This document shows positions 48,370-57,048 of a DNA stretch of 64,000 nucleotides, one piece after another (position 1 is the first letter of the stretch; every line of letters starts with the position of its first letter). The notes below the pieces were generated by a model, which ran no database searches, was not told the origin of the DNA, and worked only from the letters and a program-made list of their open reading frames with translations. The DNA is from Roseibacillus sp. Lineage in GTDB: Bacteria > Verrucomicrobiota > Verrucomicrobiia > Verrucomicrobiales > Akkermansiaceae. A program made the translations under genes and the position numbers. The DNA is taken from contig JBPOGI010000003.1 of NCBI GenBank assembly GCA_051251855.1, forward strand, positions 64,001-128,000. The letters run 5' to 3'.

Positions 48370-49089
48370 TTATTCTCGTCGTTGCCACTTGGTGACAAGG
48401 GCGACAGTCCATTGGAATTTGCGAGCGGTCTCGCGAATGAGGAAGGGCTCATTAGTCTCCTCTAACAGTTCGAAGTCTTGCCCTAGTTTTTCCTTGAGCC
48501 AATCGAGAGTGCTACCGCTGGGCCAGTTGCCTGGTGGGGTGAATTCCTCTAACCAGGTGCAAGGAGTGGCGAGGACGACTTCTCCACCTGAATTGACGAG
48601 AGAGGGGAGGCGATCGAGAAATTTCTGTGGCTCGGGAAGGCGGCAGATGAGGTTGGCGGCGAGGATGCGGTCAAAGGTTCCGAGGTCGGAGCGCAGGTTC
48701 ATGGCATCGCCTTGTTCGAAGTGACATCGGGTGAGGTCCAGACCAGAGGGTAAGGTTACGGTGAGTTCGGAATTAAGGTGCGCTTCTTCTAAGCGAGGGA
48801 TGGTGCACGAGCCCGACTTGATGCCTTCTGCGGCTTCTGCGAAGGCATGGGAGAAGTCGATGCCGATGACCTCTTGGCAACTACGAGACATCTCGTAGCT
48901 GGATCGACCGACAGCGCAGCCGACGTCGAGTCCTCGGCCAACTTCGCCCTCAGAGAAGTGGGCGGCGACTCGGACAGGGTAGTCGAGGGCTTCGCGAGGA
49001 CCGAACTCCCAAGGAAGAATTTCTTCGGGTTGCGCGAAGTGGAAGAGGAGATACTCGGCGAGGAGCTTGTCGGTTTCGTAAATGTTCAT
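48370..49089 (-). CDS. SAM-dependent methyltransferase resembling the OvoA C-terminal (4-mercaptohistidine N1-methyltransferase-like) domain
   Basis: NIYETDKLLAEYLLFH, LDVGCAVGRSS, GIDFS, QGDAMNL, ANLICRL, PCTWLEEFTP, PFLIRETARKFQ. Confidence 0.8.
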   Translation of the reverse strand: MNIYETDKLLAEYLLFHFAQPEEILPWEFGPREALDYPVRVAAHFSEGEVGRGLDVGCAVGRSSYEMSRSCQEVIGIDFSHAFAEAAEGIKSGSCTIPRLEEAHLNSELTVTLPSGLDLTRCHFEQGDAMNLRSDLGTFDRILAANLICRLPEPQKFLDRLPSLVNSGGEVVLATPCTWLEEFTPPGNWPSGSTLDWLKEKLGQDFELLEETNEPFLIRETARKFQWTVALVTKWQRRE

Positions 49090-49098
49090 CGAATTGTT

Positions 49099-49482
49099 TT
49101 AGTGGACAGGGGCTTCGCCATTTTTGACGGCGTCTTCCTCGTAGTAAAAGTCGTTGTCGTCGTGCTTGGGGACTGGGATATTGACCAAGGTCATCTGGCC
49201 TACGGCACGATGGCGGCACCCTGGTTTGATGAGGACGGAGGACATAGGTTTGACGGGAATCATTTCGCCATCGAGTTCCAAGAAGCCTTCGCCTTCGAGA
49301 ATGAGATAGATTTCGGCGGTCTTTTGATGATAGTGGCAGACGGGTTCATCCTTCACCTTGAGGAGGTGAATAGAGGCGGGCGCATCCGGGAGATCGGCAA
49401 AGCCTCGGCGCGTGGTGCCGCAGCAGCATTCGATTTCAGGAAGTTCGTTGAGTTGGACTTTGTGATAGCGAGGTGAGGTCAT
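49099..49482 (-). CDS. Cupin domain protein
   Basis: HYHQKTAEIYLILEGEG, PGCRHRAVG; N-terminal CCCG. Confidence 0.85.
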   Translation of the reverse strand: MTSPRYHKVQLNELPEIECCCGTTRRGFADLPDAPASIHLLKVKDEPVCHYHQKTAEIYLILEGEGFLELDGEMIPVKPMSSVLIKPGCRHRAVGQMTLVNIPVPKHDDNDFYYEEDAVKNGEAPVH

Positions 49483-49545
49483 ATTGATGATCTTTTACCA
49501 CGAAGGACACAAAGTTCACGAAGAACAATTGAGATTCGTGGAATC

Positions 49546-49580
49546 AAAAAGAGCACCAAAGCTTCGTGACTTTGGTGCCC
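49546..49580 (-). terminator. Intrinsic terminator after the 49609-50817 gene
   Basis: On the minus strand GGGCACCAAAG-TCACGAAG-CTTTGGTGCTC followed by TTTTT. Confidence 0.65.
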
Positions 49581-49608
49581 TTCGTTTTTAAAATTTTCCT
49601 AACCAACC

Positions 49609-50817
49609 TTAGCCAGAGATAGCGTCGATGATGAAGCGACTAGGGCGGAAATTCTCGATGATGACTTCCTGCTGGTCGCCGCGATTCATACGGACTTCTT
49701 TGACGTTAAAGTTGGGCGTTTTGTGGGGAGCAAAAAGGATGTCGTCGTGAGTAGAATTCTCATGCTTTTTGAACATGTCAGGCACGATGTCACCACCGAG
49801 ATGGTCGTCGCGTCCGGTAGCGAGATGGCAGGTGCCGAGCACCTTCTCATCCTGAATATCTTGGTAGGAAACGGGGAGGACTTGGGTGCCGAAGCCGAGT
49901 TCGCCTAGGGTCCCAGTCATGGGGTCGTCAGCGAGGCGGGCATTGTGCTCGTCGATGGTGGCTTGGTTGCCTTCGATGAGAGTGGACTTGACGACGTCGC
50001 GATTGACGACGTCGAGCACGCCGAGGGTGCCGTCCTCATATTTCATAGGAAATTGGCCGTTGGCATCATTGGGGACATAGTAGATTTCGCCGGCGGGAAG
50101 ATTGGCAATGTCAGGTTTGGTGCCTTGGCAGAGACCATGTGATTTTTGGGCGTCTTGGCCACCAAGCTCGAGCTTTGCGGTGAGAATGGTGCCGTCCTCG
50201 AGTCCAAAGTCGATCTCGATAGAATCGGGATTGTTCATGGCGAGGCGGATTTTTTCGGCGTCGGCGGAGACTTCCTCGTAGTCAACGGCGAGGCCAGACC
50301 CAAGAATGACGTCGTTCATGCCGTGCATGGTAGCGCCGCGGAAGTTGAACTCTTTGCATTTAGCGGTGAGGGGGGCAGTGGCGGACCAAGTGGAGATACA
50401 GAGGACGATGTCGTATTCGGTGTAGATGTCCTTATCGAGAGAAAGCTCATTACCGTCGGTGTCCCAGACCTCGTCTTTCATATCGAGATTGGAACCGTAG
50501 GTGTAGCGATAGGCGAACATTTCGCCGCCAGTCATTCCGAGTTCGTCGAGAACACCTTCCTTGAGTCCTTCGTAGAAATATTTGTAAGCATTTTTCTGAA
50601 CCTCGAATCCTTCCTCAGAGAGGAAATTGAAGTTAGTGATGAGGTCTTTCGGTTCTTCGAAATCGGTCAAAATACAGACTTTGCATCCTTGTGTAGGCTT
50701 GAAAACAGTATCGAGGAGCCGAGCGAGGTCGAAGGCTGGGAATTCACGCCTCTCAGGGTTGAGAAGAATTTCTTCGGAGAGGTATTCGGGTAAAGTGGTC
50801 GGGGTCGAGTTGGCCAT
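49609..50817 (-). CDS. Aminopeptidase-like protein (thermophilic metalloprotease M29-like)
   Basis: NLPAGEIY, GELGFG, DEKVLGTCHLATG, HDD resemble the M29 metal-binding region. Confidence 0.6.
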   Translation of the reverse strand: MANSTPTTLPEYLSEEILLNPERREFPAFDLARLLDTVFKPTQGCKVCILTDFEEPKDLITNFNFLSEEGFEVQKNAYKYFYEGLKEGVLDELGMTGGEMFAYRYTYGSNLDMKDEVWDTDGNELSLDKDIYTEYDIVLCISTWSATAPLTAKCKEFNFRGATMHGMNDVILGSGLAVDYEEVSADAEKIRLAMNNPDSIEIDFGLEDGTILTAKLELGGQDAQKSHGLCQGTKPDIANLPAGEIYYVPNDANGQFPMKYEDGTLGVLDVVNRDVVKSTLIEGNQATIDEHNARLADDPMTGTLGELGFGTQVLPVSYQDIQDEKVLGTCHLATGRDDHLGGDIVPDMFKKHENSTHDDILFAPHKTPNFNVKEVRMNRGDQQEVIIENFRPSRFIIDAISG

Positions 50818-51086
50818 TACGCAACGAAGTTAAAAGCAAATGCTTGCTGCGCAAGGGAAGTTTTTAAACGATTTTTAAGACTGGTGACGTTAGTGCCTGC
50901 CTTGGGAATTTTTAAGAAAGCTTCCTTTTTGAGGGGCTCAAATTCACAGCGTTTGAGCGCTAGAAGAAGACCAAGAGGATATGGATTGGGGCTCCAGGAA
51001 GCCGGTCCTGAGCCTTTTAGGGCTTTCGGTGGAGGCTTGTAAAAGACAATGCTCCTCATTGGACGGGCGGTTCCCGTGAATCGTGA

Positions 51087-51563
51087 TTAGAAGGGAATGT
51101 CGTCGCTGTCTTCGGTGGCGAGGCCTTCTTCGCGCAGTTCTTCGAGGACGTGGCTCATGTCGGGCTGTTGGTCCCAGACAGATTTGACGAACATGATGGG
51201 AGCTTCCTGTCTCACGGCGAGGGCGATGCAGTCAGAGGGACGGGCGTCGGCGTCGATGATTTTTTTCTCCATGATCTCGTTCTCGGCCGAGAGATGAAGG
51301 TGAGCGTAAAAGATTTCTTCTTCGACTTTGCTGATGACCACGTGGGTGACGGTGGCGCCAAAGGCTTTTAAGACTTGCACGAAGAGATCGTGGGTGAGCG
51401 GGCGAGGGGGCTTTTGGCCAGAGAGGACCGCGTTGATGGAAGCGCCGATAGCGGGCTCGATGTAGAAGACGATCGATTTTTTTCCGTCGCCAAGAAAGAC
51501 AGCGCAGCCAGCTTGGGTGGGCAGCAGGGCGATGGGTTCGACTTGGATGAGCTCGACTTTCAT
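51087..51563 (-). CDS. Bifunctional nuclease family protein (DUF151)
   Basis: PPRPLTHDL, FYAHL, DARPSDCIALAVR. Confidence 0.9.
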   Translation of the reverse strand: MKVELIQVEPIALLPTQAGCAVFLGDGKKSIVFYIEPAIGASINAVLSGQKPPRPLTHDLFVQVLKAFGATVTHVVISKVEEEIFYAHLHLSAENEIMEKKIIDADARPSDCIALAVRQEAPIMFVKSVWDQQPDMSHVLEELREEGLATEDSDDIPF

Positions 51564-51586
51564 TTCGGAAGGGCGGAGCGCGATTG

Positions 51587-52111
51587 TTAGGCGGATTTGG
51601 GGTCCCGTGCGAGAAACTTTCGGGACTGCCGCACGTATTTCTCGGCGAGGTCGCGTCCGGCCCGTTGTTCGGCGGGGGTCAGCTCGCGCCCCACTTTGGC
51701 TGGAGAGCCTAGGACGAGGGAGTTGGGAGGGACGATGGTGTTGCCGGTGACGAGAGCGCCCGCGCCCACGATGGAGTTCTCGCCAATGACGGAGCCGTCG
51801 AGAATGATGGAGCCCATGCCAACCAAAACGCCGTCTTCGACGGTGGCGGCGTGAACGATGGCGGAGTGGCCGACGGTGACGTAGTCGCCAATGATGCAAG
51901 GAAGGTCGTCGGAAAGGTGGAGGACGGCATTGTCTTGAACGTTGGAGTGCGAGCCGACGACGATGTCGTTGATATCGCCTCGGAGGGTGGCGTTATACCA
52001 GATGCTGGCTTTTTCCTTAAGGGTGACGCGACCAATGACGTCCCCGCTGTCGGCGATGAAAACGTCTTCGGCGAGGGTGGGGGTGTGTTCTTCGTAGCTC
52101 TCGATGGCCAT
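51587..52111 (-). CDS. Gamma carbonic anhydrase family protein
   Basis: SIWYNATLRGD, SNVQDNAVLH, TVGHSAIVH, LVLGSPAK; hexapeptide repeats. Confidence 0.92.
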   Translation of the reverse strand: MAIESYEEHTPTLAEDVFIADSGDVIGRVTLKEKASIWYNATLRGDINDIVVGSHSNVQDNAVLHLSDDLPCIIGDYVTVGHSAIVHAATVEDGVLVGMGSIILDGSVIGENSIVGAGALVTGNTIVPPNSLVLGSPAKVGRELTPAEQRAGRDLAEKYVRQSRKFLARDPKSA

Positions 52112-52188
52112 GAAGAGAGCTTTTCCTTGCGAGGCGAAAGTTGCAAGGATGATACAGAGCAGAAATCTCCAAAGAGGCTATTGCTCCC

Positions 52189-53445
52189 TTACTCTCCTAT
52201 CGTCACTGTGGGAAGTATCGCATCAGCTTCGGCAAAGGGTGAGGGCTTTTCAGCAAGTTGGTCCTGATGGATTTTCGAAAGAGCTGCTTTGAGGGAGCCA
52301 TTTGATTGTGTCCTGAGCCAGATTTCTACCGCTTCAGGATCCTTTTTTCCCCAAGCTAGTAAAAATCGCTCACAGGCTTCCTGATCTCCGTTTTCCGATA
52401 TCCAGCTCGCCCATTTTGCAGGTTCAGAAATATTCACATTGTGGAGGTTGCTCTGAAGGTTGTAGGCAAAAGTATTCTTCTCTCCAGGAGTAAATTTGCT
52501 GGCAACAAATTGGGTTGCAGTCTTGAAATATTCCGAAACCAAAATTTCCCCAAGGTCGACAAAATAGCTCATCTTGGAGTCGCTAAGAAATTCCGAATCC
52601 GGGTGCTTTTTTTGTTCCAGTTTGAGTGCTGACAAGAGACGTCCATGTCCGCTCAAGTCCGCGCGCTCGAAAAAATAATCAATCATTGCATCACGAGCCT
52701 TCTCCCTCTCTTGAGAGTCCTCAATTTTTAGGATTCTCTCGAGTTCACCCCTAGGATTCTTGAAGGTCTGAATCTTTGACGCCACGTCTTTGAGCGGCTC
52801 CAAATTCGGCTTCCCTGCGGCTAACTGCTGTTGATACCAGGCATACGCCTCTTCGGGAGAAGCGATGCTCCATCTCCGAAATGCGTAGACAGGCCATTGG
52901 GTATAGCGGCTTTTTTTTGTATCCCTGAATTCCTCAGCGAACTCACTAAAAAGAAGGACTCCTTCTTTAGGATTTATTGCAGCAAGTTCGTGCACAGTGA
53001 GACCGATGAAATAATGCCTTACGTCAACCTCGTCTTCGACAAGCTTAAAGTAAAGAGGTTCAGACGGAATGACCTGAAGTAAATCTTCTGCGGTCAGGTC
53101 GGACAGTTCGGTTCGAATCTCAGCGGACAGAGCGCCGTACTTGTCGTTGCCTTGGACTGAAAGAATATTTCCCTCAGGATTCTCCTTTTCGAGTTTCAGC
53201 CTCAATTTAAGTCGTTTGATCATCGTCGCTCTCAGTTTCCCGTAGCGTTGACTCGTGTCATTCTTAGGGCGGGTGAAACGTGAGGTTCCTGCTTCTGTTT
53301 TTGATGATGCCAATGATGCCCTTGTTTGGAGCTTTCGCTGAAGCTCTGCTTGCTTTCGATTAAGTTCTTCGACTTGTGCACCTTGGAAGAGGTAAATGGC
53401 AATCCCGATAATAGCGGTTGTGAGCAAGGTGATTTTAAATTTCAT
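52189..53445 (-). CDS. Hypothetical membrane-anchored protein with helical repeats
   Basis: N-terminal TM and coiled coil; repeats LAAINPKEG, WSIASPEEAYAW, WGKKDPEAVEIW. Confidence 0.7.
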   Translation of the reverse strand: MKFKITLLTTAIIGIAIYLFQGAQVEELNRKQAELQRKLQTRASLASSKTEAGTSRFTRPKNDTSQRYGKLRATMIKRLKLRLKLEKENPEGNILSVQGNDKYGALSAEIRTELSDLTAEDLLQVIPSEPLYFKLVEDEVDVRHYFIGLTVHELAAINPKEGVLLFSEFAEEFRDTKKSRYTQWPVYAFRRWSIASPEEAYAWYQQQLAAGKPNLEPLKDVASKIQTFKNPRGELERILKIEDSQEREKARDAMIDYFFERADLSGHGRLLSALKLEQKKHPDSEFLSDSKMSYFVDLGEILVSEYFKTATQFVASKFTPGEKNTFAYNLQSNLHNVNISEPAKWASWISENGDQEACERFLLAWGKKDPEAVEIWLRTQSNGSLKAALSKIHQDQLAEKPSPFAEADAILPTVTIGE

Positions 53446-53460
53446 GTGGCGAACGATGGC

Positions 53461-55371
53461 TTAATTTTCGAGGGCAAGATGATTGATGATCTGGTCGCGT
53501 TTTAGAGGGTCCAAAATTTTCTCCGCTAAAGACCGTAACTGCTGGTGGTTTCTTTCTTTTTGGAAGAAGTCGGGGATTTTTTCCTGGCTCAGGTAAGAAA
53601 TTATCCAGCCGTCTTGAGAGGATTTTTGAGAGAAAGCAGTTGCGGCTCTCAGACCAGTTTCAGAACGTTGTATTAAGGCCTCGGCGAGCCTTTCATTACT
53701 TCGAGTGGGGTCCTTCTCATGCAGCCATTGATGAAGTTCTGCGATTCTCTCCCCTTTGTCGGAGTATACAAAAACGTACTTTTTCGCGCTTTCCAACAGA
53801 AGAAAATCACGATCGTGTTCGAGAAGAGGAGAACATTCTTGAAGGTCTTCCAGCCATTGGAGCGGGTGCTTCAGAGCATTTCTTCCAATGAGTTCCCTAA
53901 GCACCCGTCTACGATTGGTGACATCGAGATGCTGGCAGAGTTGCATCATGACCTCAGCGTCCTTTTTGCGATAGTTTCTGGAATATTTTTGGCAAGCCTC
54001 CGTGAGAATCTGACATTGATTGCTTGCGTTGAAGGTGTGGAGGTAGTCTTCGGTAGCGGGGTCATTCTTTTTGATGAGATCAGTCAATACTGTTGATCGA
54101 AACCGATTAAAAATGATGTCGTCTGCGGCTGTTCCAACGATCCGGCTCTCCTGCTCTTGCAACCAAAGACGAGCAGCGGCAGAAGTCTTGGGATTGTTAT
54201 ACCAAAGCTGAAAAGCGCCAAACAACCTGTCTCGGAAATCTTGGCTTCGATCACGTTTATAGGATTCGAAGACTATCTGCACCGCTCGCTCAGGATTCTT
54301 CCTAGCAAGGAACTTGATCAACACGTACACATAAGACCCCTCTCTTTGCTGCTTGCGGGGCAAGAGCGCGGAAGTCGATTTAGCAAGGATATCGGCAAGA
54401 GCGTCTTCATCTAAGGATGCGAGGTAATCCAACAGCGCTGTTTTGGTTGATCCCATATTCGTAATTTGAGCTTGATAGTAGGCTTCTGCCAGTAACTTGG
54501 CATCGGGTTGGAAAGAACCGCTATCAAGGGAGTTGGACTTGCGGAGAGGTCGGTTGCTTTTGAGGGGGGGTTGGGCGAGTTGGTTCCTGAGTTCTTGGTT
54601 TTGATGCTTCTTCTCGCTGATTTCTACTTGGCGCGCACCCAAGAGGGTGACAAGAGAACCGCCCGCTACGAGGGCAAGGATTTGGGGGCCTTTTGTTCCG
54701 AGGAGACTCGCGAGAAGGGGTGAGCTGGTGGTGAGGGTGATGGTGCAAAGGGTTTTGAGGAGGTTGGGTGGGGCGGCTTTGGCGAGTTCGGAGCTGAGGC
54801 AAGAGGCGAGTGCGACGGAGCTGATGACGACACCTTTGCGCTTGAGAATTTGGGCGAGCTTTTCGAGGGCGCGGCGGGACTGCTTTTGGGCGGCGGCGGG
54901 GGACTTGCCAACAGTCTGCGCGATGTTGGGGAAAGTTTTTTCTTCGAAGAAATGGAGGATGAGGACGCGACGGTCGCTTTCGGGAAGTTTGTTGAGGGCT
55001 TCGTCGAGGTGAGGGAGGGCTTCTTTCCAGGCAGCAGCTTGGGAGGAGTCCTCGGTATCGATTTTTTGGGCGAGGCCGTCCTTTCGCCGCTGTTGGGATT
55101 GTTCGGAGCGCATCGCTTTGGTGGATTCGTAAAGAGTTGTTCGATGGAGCCAAGGGGCGAGGTCTTGCGATTTCTTGAGGAGAAGGGGGGCCTTTTTGGA
55201 GAGGGCGAGGAGGACGCTTTGGGAGATGTCTTGGGAAAGAGATCGGTTGTTGGTTTGGCGATAGGCGACGTGGAAGATGAGCCCAAGGTAGCGCCGAGTG
55301 AGGGCGTGGAAGGCGTCTTCGTCGTGTCTTTGTACGAAGTCTCGGAGAAGGTTGAGGTCGCTGTTTGCCAT
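53461..55371 (-). CDS. ECF-type sigma-70 factor with long C-terminal extension (probable TM plus helical domain)
   Basis: SDLNLLRDF, AFHALTRRY, QDISQSVLLAL, LAPWL, LDEALNKLPESDRRVLILHFFE, RRALEKL; about 450-aa extension. Confidence 0.85.
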   Translation of the reverse strand: MANSDLNLLRDFVQRHDEDAFHALTRRYLGLIFHVAYRQTNNRSLSQDISQSVLLALSKKAPLLLKKSQDLAPWLHRTTLYESTKAMRSEQSQQRRKDGLAQKIDTEDSSQAAAWKEALPHLDEALNKLPESDRRVLILHFFEEKTFPNIAQTVGKSPAAAQKQSRRALEKLAQILKRKGVVISSVALASCLSSELAKAAPPNLLKTLCTITLTTSSPLLASLLGTKGPQILALVAGGSLVTLLGARQVEISEKKHQNQELRNQLAQPPLKSNRPLRKSNSLDSGSFQPDAKLLAEAYYQAQITNMGSTKTALLDYLASLDEDALADILAKSTSALLPRKQQREGSYVYVLIKFLARKNPERAVQIVFESYKRDRSQDFRDRLFGAFQLWYNNPKTSAAARLWLQEQESRIVGTAADDIIFNRFRSTVLTDLIKKNDPATEDYLHTFNASNQCQILTEACQKYSRNYRKKDAEVMMQLCQHLDVTNRRRVLRELIGRNALKHPLQWLEDLQECSPLLEHDRDFLLLESAKKYVFVYSDKGERIAELHQWLHEKDPTRSNERLAEALIQRSETGLRAATAFSQKSSQDGWIISYLSQEKIPDFFQKERNHQQLRSLAEKILDPLKRDQIINHLALEN

Positions 55372-55533
55372 GGAATACGTGATGTAACACCTCGCTAGAG
55401 AGGATTGCGGACATCACTTTTCGTTTTTTCGACTCTTTTGGAAATACGAGATTTATCAAATCCTTCCTAGACGGGAGAGTCTTTCGGCTGCATTTCTAGT
55501 AGAAGCTGTATTGAGGCAGCGAAGCGAAGGAAT

Positions 55534-56358
55534 ATGGCACGTGAAGCGTTAATAGTGGTTGGTTTGTTGGTCTTTGCGGCTGCTTTCCGTTCGTGTCGAA
55601 AAAATTGGAGCCGGAAGTTGGGGGCCTTTCTTTTCTTAGCAGCTTCGTTTCTCGCGCTTTACTTTCTGACCCATTGTATGTGGTGTGGGATGCTGGCGGT
55701 GGTGGCTTGGTTTTTTCTGCCTTGGATCGAGCTTTTGACGCGGGTGCGGAAGGTGCGGTTGCCAATGGAGAATCGCTTGCAGCATCGTGAGCCTCCCGAG
55801 GAGGAGTTTTTCCCGAATGCGTCGCGTGCCCTGGTGGCGATGTCGGATGCGCACTTTGAGCATGTGGGTGACGCGGCTTGGCATTGGGCTGGGATGGAGC
55901 AGCACTTCCGGATGCACTGGAATCCGGAGGAGCGTGCGGTGGCGACGGTGTGTCTTTGCGAGCAGGACAATGTGGCTTTTGCGTTTATTTCAATCACGTC
56001 ACGAGGAGAAGACGGGCGGGTTTATCGGACGACAAATTTTCCGTTCTCTCCGACGTTAAAGAATCCACCGGGGTATTCGTGGAAACACGTTCCTTGTGAA
56101 CGCAATTGCTTCCATCAAATGCTGGAGGATCATCAGCGCTACTTGAAGAAGTTGAAGGTGACTACGGAGTCGCTCGCATTGCCAGATCCGGATTTATTAG
56201 AATCGGATATTGAGGGTGAAATGCAGCTTCAGATTGATCACAATCTAGAGCACGGGATTATTGAACCAACAGAGGATGGAAAGCACTTTCGCTACTCGAT
56301 GAAGGGTCTCTTCTTTCTGTGGAAGCAGTTTGCGAAGGATATGGTCCGGCTTTGCTAG
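55534..56358 (+). CDS. Hypothetical membrane protein
   Basis: Three N-terminal TM segments plus soluble domain. Confidence 0.7.
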   Translation: MAREALIVVGLLVFAAAFRSCRKNWSRKLGAFLFLAASFLALYFLTHCMWCGMLAVVAWFFLPWIELLTRVRKVRLPMENRLQHREPPEEEFFPNASRALVAMSDAHFEHVGDAAWHWAGMEQHFRMHWNPEERAVATVCLCEQDNVAFAFISITSRGEDGRVYRTTNFPFSPTLKNPPGYSWKHVPCERNCFHQMLEDHQRYLKKLKVTTESLALPDPDLLESDIEGEMQLQIDHNLEHGIIEPTEDGKHFRYSMKGLFFLWKQFAKDMVRLC

Positions 56359-56542
56359 AGCCGTTAGCTGTGGCTCGGCTTCTTAAACAGGAGACGAGGA
56401 GAAAGGCAGCTCAAGTTCTGTGATTTTTTGAACCGCCGCAGAAGCGGGGCTCGCATAAGGCGGCAAAGTGAGCAAAGGCCGGAATGGATTTGCTGTGGGG
56501 AGAGTGGCTGATGTCGATTGATGACGACTGAAGTCGTCACTC

Positions 56543-57001
56543 CTACTGTGCGACTTCGGAGCTGCCGAAAAGCTCTTGTTCGTCGACGCCTTCGCCCACT
56601 GCAGTGAGTTCGAATTGGCGGTCGACGTTAAGTCGGAGGCTAGCGAGGTGTTTCTGAAACCACTGATCAGGTGAGATCATGGAGAGGAGATTACGGCCGC
56701 GAGCGTGGTAGAGGAAATACTCTTGGCCGACGACGGGCTCGAAGTTGATGTCGGCTTCGTAGGCGAGCTTGTTCCAGTTGAAGTGGGTGATGGCGGAGAT
56801 GTATTCTTCGCGAATTTCGACCAGCTTTTGTTGGAGGTCGCGTTCAACTTGGGAGACGCCCCTCGACTTGAAGGAGGTCAAGTCGTTGGGAACGATAGCA
56901 GGGGAAAGGGTGGACGTGGGATAGGGCAAGAAGGCGCCCGAGGGTTTCTCGTCGGTGCCGATGCCGGGAGTTACGGTTTGAATTTCGTCCAGTTCTTCCA
57001 T
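56543..57001 (-). CDS. DUF2452-like protein
   Basis: LPYPTS..SPAI, YEADINFEPVVGQEYFLY, LSMISPDQW. Confidence 0.75.
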   Translation of the reverse strand: MEELDEIQTVTPGIGTDEKPSGAFLPYPTSTLSPAIVPNDLTSFKSRGVSQVERDLQQKLVEIREEYISAITHFNWNKLAYEADINFEPVVGQEYFLYHARGRNLLSMISPDQWFQKHLASLRLNVDRQFELTAVGEGVDEQELFGSSEVAQ

Positions 57002-57048
57002 GGCGATGACTATCGTGCCTTTTTACGAAGGCGCAAGGGGCTGTTTTT

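Noticed and set aside
29100..49089. Selenometabolite (selenoneine/ovoselenol-like) cluster from selD, FGE-domain protein, SelL-related protein and OvoA-type methyltransferase
   Set aside because: Genes are spread over 20 kb on different strands with unrelated genes between; the FGE protein lacks a sulfoxide-synthase N-domain and there is no SenB-like glycosyltransferase
56360..56540. Degenerate short repeats and small hairpins between convergent genes
   Set aside because: Too degenerate to define; the TGACGAC-TGAA-GTCGTCA hairpin may simply be a terminator
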